Assembly: GCF_006345805.1 (NCBI RefSeq)
Contig: NW_021825721.1
Location: forward strand, 1-14,660
DNA: 14,660 bases
Origin: Octopus sinensis
Lineage: Eukaryota
Reading direction: 5' to 3'
The position numbers and the translations under genes are program-made. Positions 1-8,950 of this stretch are shown piece after piece. Each line of letters starts with the position of its first letter. Position 1 is the first letter of the stretch. Below the pieces are notes generated by a model, which saw only the letters and a list, made by a program, of their open reading frames with translations, was not told where the DNA came from and ran no database searches.

Positions 1-421
1 CCGTAAGCACGTAGAAATTTATTCACAGCAACAACTCACTTATCTGTATATAAGTGAAACATGTCTAAATCATAAGTTGACAAAAGAAGATAGAAAGACG
101 GTTAGTAAGCGTTAAGGAACTCTTTGAAGTCAAAAGACTGGAGAGAAAATGGTTAAGACCAGTGATTTAGTGTGAGGTTTAGCATAGACGACTTGCAACA
201 AAGTCAGTCACCATAAGGGTGAGCGGGTATTTAATTGATAAAGATATTAAAACGGATTGTGAAAGCAGAGCCGCCATGGTGGCATTGAACATAACAGAGC
301 ATAGCAGGGAAGGTGGAGTTAGAAAGGGAGAGGGGCGGTTGGAGGAGAGTGAGAGTGAAAGAGAAGCGGGGGTTTAAGAACTAGGTTTTCTGAGCTGTGG
401 ACGAAGGGAAAAATCACTAAG

Positions 422-422
<1 letters not shown>

Positions 423-452
<30 letters not shown>

Positions 453-903
453 TGTATGTATGTATGTATGTATGCATGCATGTATATATATGAAGCACGA
501 GTTTACACATACACATATATGTATATGTACATGTGTGTGTATGTAAATATGGACGTATATATCTATATGTGTGTGCTTGTGTATATATCTATATGTGTGT
601 GCTATATGTATATATATGTATATATATATATTGTATATATATATGTATATATATATATATATATTATATATATGTATATATATATAAATATATGTATATA
701 TATGTATGTATATATATATATGTATATAAATATATGTATGTATATGTATATATATGTATATATAAATATATGTATGTATATGTATATATATGTATACATA
801 TAAATATGCATATACATATTCATATATTATTACGTATCTAATACGTGCATGTTAGTATCTATAACTGTGTATAATATATGAATGCGTGTACATATATGTA
901 TGA

Positions 904-948
<45 letters not shown>

Positions 949-975
949 CAAAAACAGATATGTGTGTGTGTGTGA
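423..975. repeat. Compound microsatellite (TATG)n grading into degenerate (TA)n/(TG)n
   Basis: Direct reading: perfect TATG run from 423, then TA/TATG/TG mosaics. Explains the Y/I/M/V/C-rich ORFs at 319-1126. Confidence 0.97.
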
Positions 976-1165
976 GTGCGCGTATTTATTCCATGCTTTA
1001 TATATCAGAACGATTGTCGAGAGAGAGAGAGAATTGCTTTTGAAAAGTGTGAAAGCGTCAATATATTCCTGTAAGCCGATCATTAGCTCTGATAATGAAT
1101 TCAGGAATATCGATTTGGATGAATGAAGATCGAATCCTGTACTTGCAATACTTAAAGAACTGCTG

Positions 1166-1376
1166 GAGAAGAAGAAGAAGAAGAAGAAGAAGAAGAAAAT
1201 AAAAGTGCAAGAACAACAACAGCATCAATAGAACAACAACAACAACTACAACAACATCAACAACAACAATAACAGTAACAACAACAACAACAACAATAAC
1301 AATAATAACAACAACAACAATAAAAATAAAAATAAAAATAATAATAATAATAAGAAGAAGAAGAAGAAGAAAAAGA
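1166..1376. repeat. Compound trinucleotide microsatellite (GAA)n-(AAC)n-(AAT)n-(AAG)n
   Basis: Direct reading; gives the poly-L/F ORF at 1246-1494 on the minus strand. Confidence 0.96.
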
Positions 1377-1562
1377 AAACGCAGAGGAAGAAGTTGGTGA
1401 GTAGGGGAGTGGAGCGAGAAGAAAGACTGTGGGGAAGAGTAATAGGAAGAGAAGGATTACCCAAGGTGTATTTGAGAAGAAATAATTCCTGCATGATTCA
1501 AGAAACGGTGGTATGAAGGACGAAAAGTATATTTAAATAGGAAAGATTTGAAGGAGAATCAC

Positions 1563-1574
1563 CAAAATGGCGGC
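1563..1574 (+). promoter_or_regulatory. YY1/Pho-like motif CAAAATGGCGGC
   Basis: Matches the established YY1 core (AAAATGGCGGC). Single site with no functional evidence. Confidence 0.3.
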
Positions 1575-1595
1575 GGTGACGGTAGCAAACGGCAG

Positions 1596-1605
1596 GAGCA
1601 GACGA
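1596..1605 (+). other. GAGCAGACGA motif, copy 1 of 4
   Basis: Exact 10-mer also at 8329-8338 (+), 11287-11296 (-) and 13671-13680 (+). Confidence 0.9.
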
Positions 1606-1898
1606 TCGTTGTTTATAGTAAAGCCGACGACGACGACGACAGATCAATTAATCAATTGATGGTGGTCGCATTAGTACGTATAAACGGCAGACTTATAAAG
1701 CAACTGTCTGCTATACAAACTGAGGTTAGTTGGGGTCGAACTGCTGGACACTTGGAGAAAAACGTTTCAATGAAAACCTTTTATCCTTCAAACGGCGTGC
1801 AGTTTGTTTGATAATTTTTCGATTTTCGTCTGGCTCAGATGGTTTCTGTAGTTTCGCAAACCAGGAATTTCATGATAACATTTCCATGTACTTACATG

Positions 1899-1946
1899 CA
1901 GCCATGTTATTCAGCCATGTTATTCAGCCATTTTATTCAGCCATTT
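1899..1946 (+). repeat. 13-bp tandem repeat CAGCCAT(G/T)TTATT x3.7
   Basis: Units start at 1899, 1912, 1925 and 1938 (partial). Confidence 0.93.
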
Positions 1947-2259
1947 GTATCTTCGATGGGGCTCTGATGCTATTGTATGCATCTTAATATTGTTTGTTGT
2001 TTCTAAAGCTTTCTTTATATATATTTTTTTATCTTTCTGGACCGTTTGGCCGGTCGTTCGATAGAAAATATTATTACAGTAGAAGGAGGGTGAGCGGTTG
2101 GGTAGAAAAAATATTCTTAGAATTGCTCCTGCTTGGACAATCTGTCTTAGAATTTGTAGCAGTGTAACGTCAAGGTGGCGTGGTTTGATGACGTTGCTTT
2201 ATGACGTCGCATTAAGGCGTAGAACGGTATAACAGTTTAACGTAATAAAATAACGTAGT

Positions 2260-2850
2260 ACCAAGGCGGCGAGCTGGCAGAAACGTTAGCACGCCGGGCG
2301 AAATGCTTAGCAGTATCGTATCTGCCGCTACGTTCTGGGTTCAAATTCCGCCGAGGTCGACTTTGCCTTTCATCCTTTCGAGGTCGATTAAATAAGTACC
2401 AGTTACGCACTGGGGTCGATATAATCGACTTTGACCGTTTGTCTGTCCTTGTTTGCCCCTTCTGTATTTGGCCCCTTGTGGGTAGTAAAGAAATAGGTAT
2501 TTCGTCTGCCGCTACGTTCTGAGTTCAAATTCCGCAGAGGTCGACTTTGCCTTTCATCCTTTCGGGGTCGATTAAATAAGTACCAGTTACGCACTGGAGT
2601 CGATATAATCGACTTAGACCGTTTGTCTGCCTTGTTTGTTCTCTCTGTATTTAGCCCCTTGTGGGTAGTAAAGAAATAGGTATTTCGTTTGTCTTTACGT
2701 TCTGAGTTCAAATTCCGCCGAGGTCGACTCTGCCTCTCATCCTTTGGGGGTTGATAAATTAAGTACCAGTTGCATACTGGACTCGATCTAATCGACTGGC
2801 TCCCCTCCCCCCAAATTTCGGGTCTTGTGCCGAGAGTAGAAAAGGAAATT
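2260..2850 (+). mobile_element. tRNA-derived SINE (family A) with trimeric internal repeat and 9-bp TSD
   Basis: A-box-like TGGCAGAAACG near 2275. B-box-like GTTCAAATTCC occurs in each of three units of about 183 bp (starting about 2312, 2496, 2679). TAACGTAGT flanks it at 2251-2259 and 2851-2859. Recalled as an abundant octopus SINE. Confidence 0.9.
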
Positions 2851-3021
2851 TAACGTAGTTCGATGACGCTTCGTTCCGCCTTTTAAAATGTCTCCCGGGG
2901 GCCCTGACTGTGACAGTTTCTTGTTGTAATGGCCTGATGTATTATAGAGTTATGATGGCGTCTTGTGATGATGTAATTCTTTGGTGACGTAATACGATGA
3001 CGATTAGGGTGGAGTATCCAG

Positions 3022-3110
3022 CTTTTACTCATTTCACTCATGAGACTGCGGCCATGCTGGGGCACTGTTTTGAAGAATTTTAAGTCGAATGCATTGATGC
3101 CAGTACTGGA
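3022..3110 (-). mobile_element. 3' tail fragment of SINE family B
   Basis: 3022-3078 is about 79% identical (manual, ungapped) to the reverse complement of 4395-4451. Confidence 0.8.
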
Positions 3111-3946
3111 ATAACTTTGATCAAAGGTTTGTTCGATCAGGGATGACCTGGGCTAAGCATCAGGAGTTATATATGGCATTGATCTGTTACATCATAACGG
3201 TGTTGCGTCACAATGCTGTTACGTTACGACGTAACTTCTTACCAGAGAGTCACACCTGTAGTGTGCGTTTTGAAGATCATTCGACTGCTATTTCCAGCAG
3301 TGCAGTCGAGAGAACAACAATACTGGCGCTACAATAGTTTTAGAAACGATGATGTCCATATCATATTGTTATGGCGTAATAATATCAGACGATAACATAA
3401 AATAACAAAGTGTATAACTGTGACGTAATAGCGCAGGCGATGACGTAGCGTTGTTATGAGATAATTTTTCTCAACGGGTGACGATTTAATATCATAACGT
3501 ATTGTTAGGGTTTAGTATAAATCTGTGATTGAATAGTGTCATGTTTAACTAACTTTATTTGCCATACACGTATACACGCATGTGCGAACACACACAAGTG
3601 TATAGATATTCATACAACTACATATACATGCACACACACACACATATGCTGATATAGCGTGAAAGGGTGCATTCACGGGTGGTGGATAATGAATGAAACT
3701 TTTTCCTCTCATGATATAAAAGCTAGTTTCATGGCTCGTAAGTAGTCGTGAGCCAACAGCCGCCGCATTCACGGGGCTACAGTAACACAATACTCAGCGC
3801 TGTTGGACCTGTACAAATCTGTGATGACATCACAAGCCGGATAAAAGTCGCCTATTAATAAGTATTTAATAAATAGATGCAGTCCTGTTTATCTTTCTAT
3901 CGGTCTGTCTGCGCCTGTCATTCTGTCTGTCCGACAGACAGAATAT

Positions 3947-3949
3947 ACA

Positions 3950-3985
<36 letters not shown>
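3947..3985. repeat. (TA)n microsatellite
   Basis: Direct reading. Confidence 0.97.
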
Positions 3986-3987
<2 letters not shown>

Positions 3988-4211
3988 CCATGATAGATCG
4001 CTAGCCACTATATATTTTTTTTAAATTTTCCCTCCCTATTTATTCCTGTGTTCCTTTCTGTCGAAGAGCATAGGCTCGAAACATAAAAGACTTTCTCACT
4101 TCCCGAGCGTTAAACTAATACATCTGTTTGCTGTTTACACATCCGTCTTCATCTTTTGTTCCTTTGCAAATTCTCACTATATATATATATATATATATAG
4201 TTGAAATTTAC

Positions 4212-4492
4212 AGAAAAACAAAAGAAGACAGGTGTATATATATATATGTATAAATATATATGTGTGTTTGTGTGTTGTGTGTTTGTGTCTGTAGCTGTCC
4301 ACCACCACCGCTTGACCAACCGTTGTTAGTGTTTGAGTCCCCGTAATATAGCAGTTCAACAAAAGAGACCGATATAATAAGTACAACACTGAATATTCTT
4401 CAAGGTGGTGCTCCAGCATGACCGCAATCTCATGCCTGAAACAAATAAAAGAGAATATATTAATAATAATAATAATTATAATAATAATAATG
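4212..4492 (+). mobile_element. 5'-truncated SINE family B: remnant of head end, internal TA/TG microsatellite, 3' tail and (AAT)n terminus
   Basis: 4283-4318 resembles the reverse complement of 9232-9270. The tail ends in ...CTCCAGCATGACCGCA...AAACAAATAAAAGAG followed by an (AAT)n run. Confidence 0.8.
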
Positions 4493-5840
4493 GCAAATTT
4501 TTAATTGTACGTTGAGCACAACGTGTTTGTCCAGATTCCTAGAAATCACAGCCGAGTGAAAGCGTCTATTTGAATATCTGAAGTGTTATGGGAATCTGGT
4601 TTGTTAAAAGAAATTTCAATAAGTTGTTTGTTTTATTGTTATCTGGAAGAAAGAGCTTAGCTCAATAAACCAACGCTTTTGAAAGACATACTTTTAAGGA
4701 CCCTGTTATAATAGTTGTTGCGGATACGTAGAAGCAAAGAGCTTTGCAAGTCTGCATTGTAAAGGTTTCTTCTATTTGTACTGGCTATTGAAACATGAAA
4801 GTTACTCGCTTCTACTATAGCTGACTTTAATGCTATTTTTATCAAATATCTTATGATATCTCTACGCTGAAGGATATTCAATTAAATAAATAAAAAGCCC
4901 ATTCGTTTATTCACTGCTTAGGTAAGTTTTATACAACTGATAGCAAAAACCTGAAATCACTACGTGTTTGTCCGTGGATAGATGAAAATATCAAGTGTTC
5001 TCTGCAACACAATTGAACAAATGCGTTACGTGTTTCCTAACCGTTTTTCTCCCCCGTTTGTTTCGACACCCAGTCAAATCTACGCGCTATTCACTGATCG
5101 TATTTAGATGTATTTGCAAATAGTTTTAATCGAATGTAGTATAACTGATACTTTTGACCGCGTGCAATAGAGTTAATTCTTTAGTGAAAATACATTTCTG
5201 TACCTGTAAAATGATAAGCAAACAGTGAATGCTTCACTGAAAGTATGTTTTGATGTCGGCAAAATGACATGAGTTCGGAATTTTTATTAAAGAAAGTAAA
5301 ACAAAAATATAAAAGTTCTCAGTGACGCAAATGCTACAAAACCTTGGAAATCTGTAATAAAATTTCGTGTGCACAACATTTGTAATTTAATGATGAAATG
5401 CAATGTGTTCACTTTTTCAAGTCCCAAATGTATTACGACAAAGTGTTACCTTCTCATCTGAGCAGGTTTCGGAACGTGTGTACCTTAGGTTTATTTTCAT
5501 ATTAACCTATATGATCTTTAGTAGTAAGTATATTTAGTTGTGAAACCTAAGAAGAATTGATCAAAAGAGTCTGCGAAACACCCACCATTTTTGTTAAGTC
5601 ATTAGATCCTCGCTTCGAAGACAATAGTTGTTTAAGGGTATCACGAAAGGCCTGGCTGGAGGTCCAACCTTTCGAGTTCTTTTACAGGGCTTCGAAAAAA
5701 TGAAGGACTGCTGCAATAATTGTATGAATCAGAGAAGGGAATATATTGTATAAAATCATAACTAAGTGATCCTCCTCTATTTTTTTAATCCAGGCCCAGA
5801 AAATTTTCAGCATATAGATAGATATAGATATATAGATATG

Positions 5841-5975
5841 TAAGGCACGATTTATTTGTGATCAGAGGCATTCGTAAGCCGAGGTACTACTGCATTAAAT
5901 GAATATGAAAAAGATAGGAGATAAAGCACAATTTATTCGTGATCAGAGTCGTTCGAAAATCGAGGCACTACTGTA
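5841..5975 (-). terminator. Duplicated 54-bp cassette (81-bp period), each copy carrying a minus-strand AATAAA; candidate tandem poly(A) signals
   Basis: Copies 5841-5894 and 5922-5975 are 44/54 identical. TTTATT at 5851-5856 and 5932-5937 lies about 80 and 160 nt past the stop at 6016. Confidence 0.5.
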
Positions 5976-6015
5976 ACTACGTAAGTTTAATTGAGAAACT
6001 TATTATTTTACGCGT

Positions 6016-6185
6016 TTAGGCCCAAAAGCTGCAGGCATACTGGGGCACCGCCAATGTTTTCACGTTCTCAATGGCCGTTCTGTTGTGACTGGCTTTTGGT
6101 GATATAAGCTGCTCTATTTTGAGGAAATTATCTAATCTGTGGTTGATGTTGGCCATGATTTCCTGCGACAGATTGGCGTCGCGTC
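6016..6185 (-). CDS. Probable terminal coding exon of an unidentified gene: (R/G)RDANLSQEIMANINHRLDNFLKIEQLISPKASHNRTAIENVKTLAVPQYACSFWA*
   Basis: Acceptor TTTTCCTTCCAG|G (AG at 6187-6186). Only the phase-1 frame stays open (55 codons to TAA 6018-6016). About 48% GC against AT-rich flanks; 35/55 codons end in G/C; 6 of 7 Ala codons are GCC; AATAAA signals follow. No family recognised. Confidence 0.6.
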
Positions 6186-7048
6186 CTGGAAGGAAAATGC
6201 GTATGCCAGAAAAACCGAAAAACCAGACTTAAGCTCCTTACAGAGAAATGTGGACAAACCATGGACCGTAATTTAAAAGGTCAAATCGTCAAAAACATTA
6301 ACGGGATTTTTTTCCTAAAATCTATCTGTCTATTGTGTATTAAACCATTATAACAATATAAACCAAATTCTGAAAGATTATGTCTCATAAGTTTCCGCTG
6401 AAATTCTTGATTCTATAGTGACATTAAATGAAGAATTGCCATTTGCTTTATCCACATTGATGTCAAACTATAATAAATATTGTCTTCAACGTATAATTAT
6501 TTTTAATTTCTGGTTCGCTTATGGTAATTGGATTCTTGGCAAATGTTAACACTTTTCGTATAAGGCTTTGTAATTGAAGGGTAATAATCTACGATGTTGA
6601 ATTAAATGACTCCGCATCGTTGTTTATTATAGATGTAATTGAACCACTTTAGAACTAAAATGCTTTTGTTCTTTAATGACAGAATATTCATTACTTTTGA
6701 AATATTTCTCACTAAGGGTACCTAATTAGCTTACGGGTAGATTGATGAGTTTTGCGGATGAATTGCCCAGAAAATTAGGTTTCTGATCCTTAAAAGTGAT
6801 ATATGGTTTTTATAGTGCTAAAATGTCAACTTTATCATCTATGTATATAACCTAGTTGCTATCTCTTTAGCTTCTCAGTTAATGGAATATAGTTTTTTTG
6901 TGTGTATAGATTAGCGATGCTACCGGATGGAAATATAAGGAAAATGTAATTGGTTTGCTTCTTGGATATTTCTCTTACGAAATAGTACGAAAATGTAAGA
7001 GGTTTTGAAAGGATTAAATTTGTTTTGTAAAAGATCGTTGAAAATCAT

Positions 7049-7070
7049 TAACGATTCTGCCAGCTCCCCT
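7049..7070 (-). mobile_element. Short 5' head fragment of SINE family A
   Basis: The reverse complement GAGCTGGCAGAATCGTTA matches 2271-2288 at 17/18. Confidence 0.6.
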
Positions 7071-7142
7071 CTTATTCGTCGTCTTATACTATGATATAAT
7101 ATAACAATATAACAGACACACACACACGTGCACGCACGCGCG

Positions 7143-7842
7143 TAGGATGCGATGGATAAATTGTCACTATTTCCTTTTTTTGACTTTTGCGCATGCGAAT
7201 TGTTTGTTTTAGACTTTGCCGACTACACAGTATAGTAGGGTTAGTTGAACACCGTTTGTGAGAAAAACAGCACCATGACGCAATTCAGTCTGCCAAGAAT
7301 TTGGAAACGACATGCTGTACTGCTTGGCATTCGCGTCGGAAGCTCCAATACGAACATTTCAGAGTGTCTGGGTGACTATCTGAGGACAGTGCAAACTGAG
7401 GACATGTACCGAGAGCGATAAGAATCAAACATCATGTCAACATCATGGTGTTTGGAGTGATCACTAGTGATGCCGACATTATGCCTCCATTCATCTTCCC
7501 ACACGGCTTTAGACTCAACGGGAAGATCTACATCAAGTGTCTGGAGGAGGTAGTGCTGCTCTGAGTCAAGAGGGTGGCTGCTGGAAGACTCTATGTCTAG
7601 CAACGAGACTCTGCACCATGTCACACAAGCAGGAGAACCAAGTCTTACCTGTCAGACAATTTCTGCGGTCACATCATCCCCAACATCTGGCCTCCTAACT
7701 CCCCTGACTGCGACCCCTTGGTTATTATGTGCGTGGCGCAGTTGAGCGAGAGATCAACAAAACTCCTTGTAATACAAAAGATGAACTAACGGCAAGGATT
7801 ATGGCAGCATTCACCAACTTAAATAAGGAGACCGTCCAGAAG
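7143..7842 (+). mobile_element. Tc1/mariner DD37D (maT-type) transposon fossil, internally deleted and 3'-truncated; transposase pseudogene
   Basis: ATG at 7275 reads MTQFSLPRIWKRHAVLLGIRVGSSNTNISECLG... From about 7403 a second frame reads ...NIMVFGVITSDADIMPPFIFPHG...QRDSAPCHTSRRT...IWPPNSPDCDPL, with in-frame stops and a frameshift. There are 37 residues between the second D and the degenerate third D position. The first catalytic D region is missing, and no inverse copy of the 5' end is present in the window. Confidence 0.9.
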
Positions 7843-8327
7843 AGTTCTCTAATTCCCATCTATTAGCGGCACAGTGAAGCTTTTAAGACATTCCCCCAAT
7901 TTCTCCATTAGAGATTCTTATGTGAATAGACGCACAAACGTGGATATATGCATCTACAGTTCAACCACCGCTCCAACTCACACATATTTACAAACACCGG
8001 GATCTCTCTTAACTTAAAGAGCCTTGTCACTTCGTTAGCGACCGGTTTGAACTCCCCCAAAAGAAAAGCACACATGCATGCGTACGTACATTATGCAGCA
8101 AAACAAGGTTCATTTTATAGCTAAAAACTCAATGATTTCAGAGAAAGTTTACTACGGCAGATTCAACTTCCCCTACGCTATTTGAAACATTTCAAAATAA
8201 TAAACATGTAAAATGGAGTTTTATTGAATCATACCAGCATGTTAACATGTTATTATTTAATGTATTACAACTTTAACGAATTACAGTTACATTCTGGTAG
8301 TCTTCACGGTTCAACGCTCTTCATTCA

Positions 8328-8343
8328 CGAGCAGACGACATCA
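8328..8343 (+). repeat. Left arm of a perfect 16-bp long-range inverted repeat (CGAGCAGACGACATCA)
   Basis: Exact reverse complement of 11282-11297. Confidence 0.92.
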
Positions 8344-8454
8344 TCAAACGATCGGCCGTATACAAAAGCCAACAAACAACTTGTTACCATTTCATCAAAT
8401 ATTTTGCTAATATTTTTTCAGTGTGATCTTCCACATTTTCTCTCGATTTTCCCT

Positions 8455-8564
8455 GTTTGTCTTCCTTCCTTTCTTCCTTTCTTTCTTCCTTTCTTTCTTC
8501 CTTTCTTTCTTTGTTTCTTTCTTTCTTCCTTTCCTTCCTTCCTCCTTCCTTTTTCTTTCTTTTA

Positions 8565-8595
<31 letters not shown>

Positions 8596-8600
8596 ATTGT
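8455..8600. repeat. Polypyrimidine microsatellite (CTTT/CTTC/CT)n
   Basis: Direct reading; source of the F/S/L ORFs at 8224-8702. Confidence 0.95.
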
Positions 8601-8702
8601 TTCTGTTTATTTTGTGTCCGTCTCTCTTTTTCTATCTCTCATTTGACAGTCGATAACATTTCAAGCACGAAACTTAGGAAATATCTAAGAGACAAACAAT
8701 AA

Positions 8703-8703
<1 letters not shown>

Positions 8704-8777
<74 letters not shown>

Positions 8778-8809
8778 ATATCTATCTATCTATCTATCTA
8801 TCTAGCTAG

Positions 8810-8843
<34 letters not shown>

Positions 8844-8950
8844 GTCTATGTATGTATGTATGTATTTATGTATGTATGTATATATACACACACACACACA
8901 CAAACACACAGACACATATATACGTGAGTGTGTTTGAGTGTGTGTGTGTA
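8704..8950. repeat. (TCTA)n grading into (TATG)n, (CA)n and (TG)n
   Basis: Direct reading. Confidence 0.96.

Larger units (their letters stand above)
2165..3500. other. TGACG/TAACG-rich (CRE-like) segment interrupted by a SINE
   Basis: Manual count: ten TGACG/CGTCA in about 750 bp of non-SINE sequence versus about six in the rest of the window. GTGACGTAATA is exact at 2984 and 3420; CGATGACG occurs at 2861, 2995 and 3438. Confidence 0.7.

Noticed and set aside
273-282. Perfect Kozak-like GCCGCCATGG
   Set aside because: The following frame is short and there is no other exon evidence.
1-420. Possible degenerate 3' end of a CR1/Jockey-like LINE on the minus strand
   Set aside because: Only scattered residue resemblances with stops in every frame; not supportable without a profile search.
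319-1494. ORFs of 65-123 aa in the track
   Set aside because: They are translations of TA/TATG/trinucleotide microsatellites, which lack stops in some frames.
1548-1987. ORFs 1548-1811 and 1730-1987
   Set aside because: Non-ATG starts, no recognisable domain, no codon bias, and repeats inside them.
2403-2711. 102-aa ORF with an internal repeat
   Set aside because: Antisense reading of the SINE tandem units.
2312-2850. CRISPR-like or tRNA gene array
   Set aside because: Units are contiguous with no unique spacers, there is no cloverleaf, and a TSD brackets the whole element, so it is a SINE.
4657-4881. 74-aa minus-strand ORF
   Set aside because: TTG start, AT-rich, no convincing splice context, and it lies beyond the candidate poly(A) signals.
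5840-5980. Coding interpretation of the 81-bp repeat (VRHDLFVIRGIRKPRYYC / IKHNLFVIRVVRKSRHYC)
   Set aside because: Substitutions fall 4/2/4 over codon positions and stop codons separate the copies.
6735-6788. 54-nt minus-strand candidate exon (TTTTAAG|...|GTAAGC)
   Set aside because: The phase needed to join the 6185 acceptor contains a stop; signals of this quality are common in AT-rich DNA.
7376-7624. 82-aa minus-strand ORF
   Set aside because: Antisense to the maT transposase fossil.
8400-8421. Strong plus-strand acceptor (CTAAT...TTTTTTCAG)
   Set aside because: Followed directly by a pyrimidine microsatellite with no donor or credible frame.
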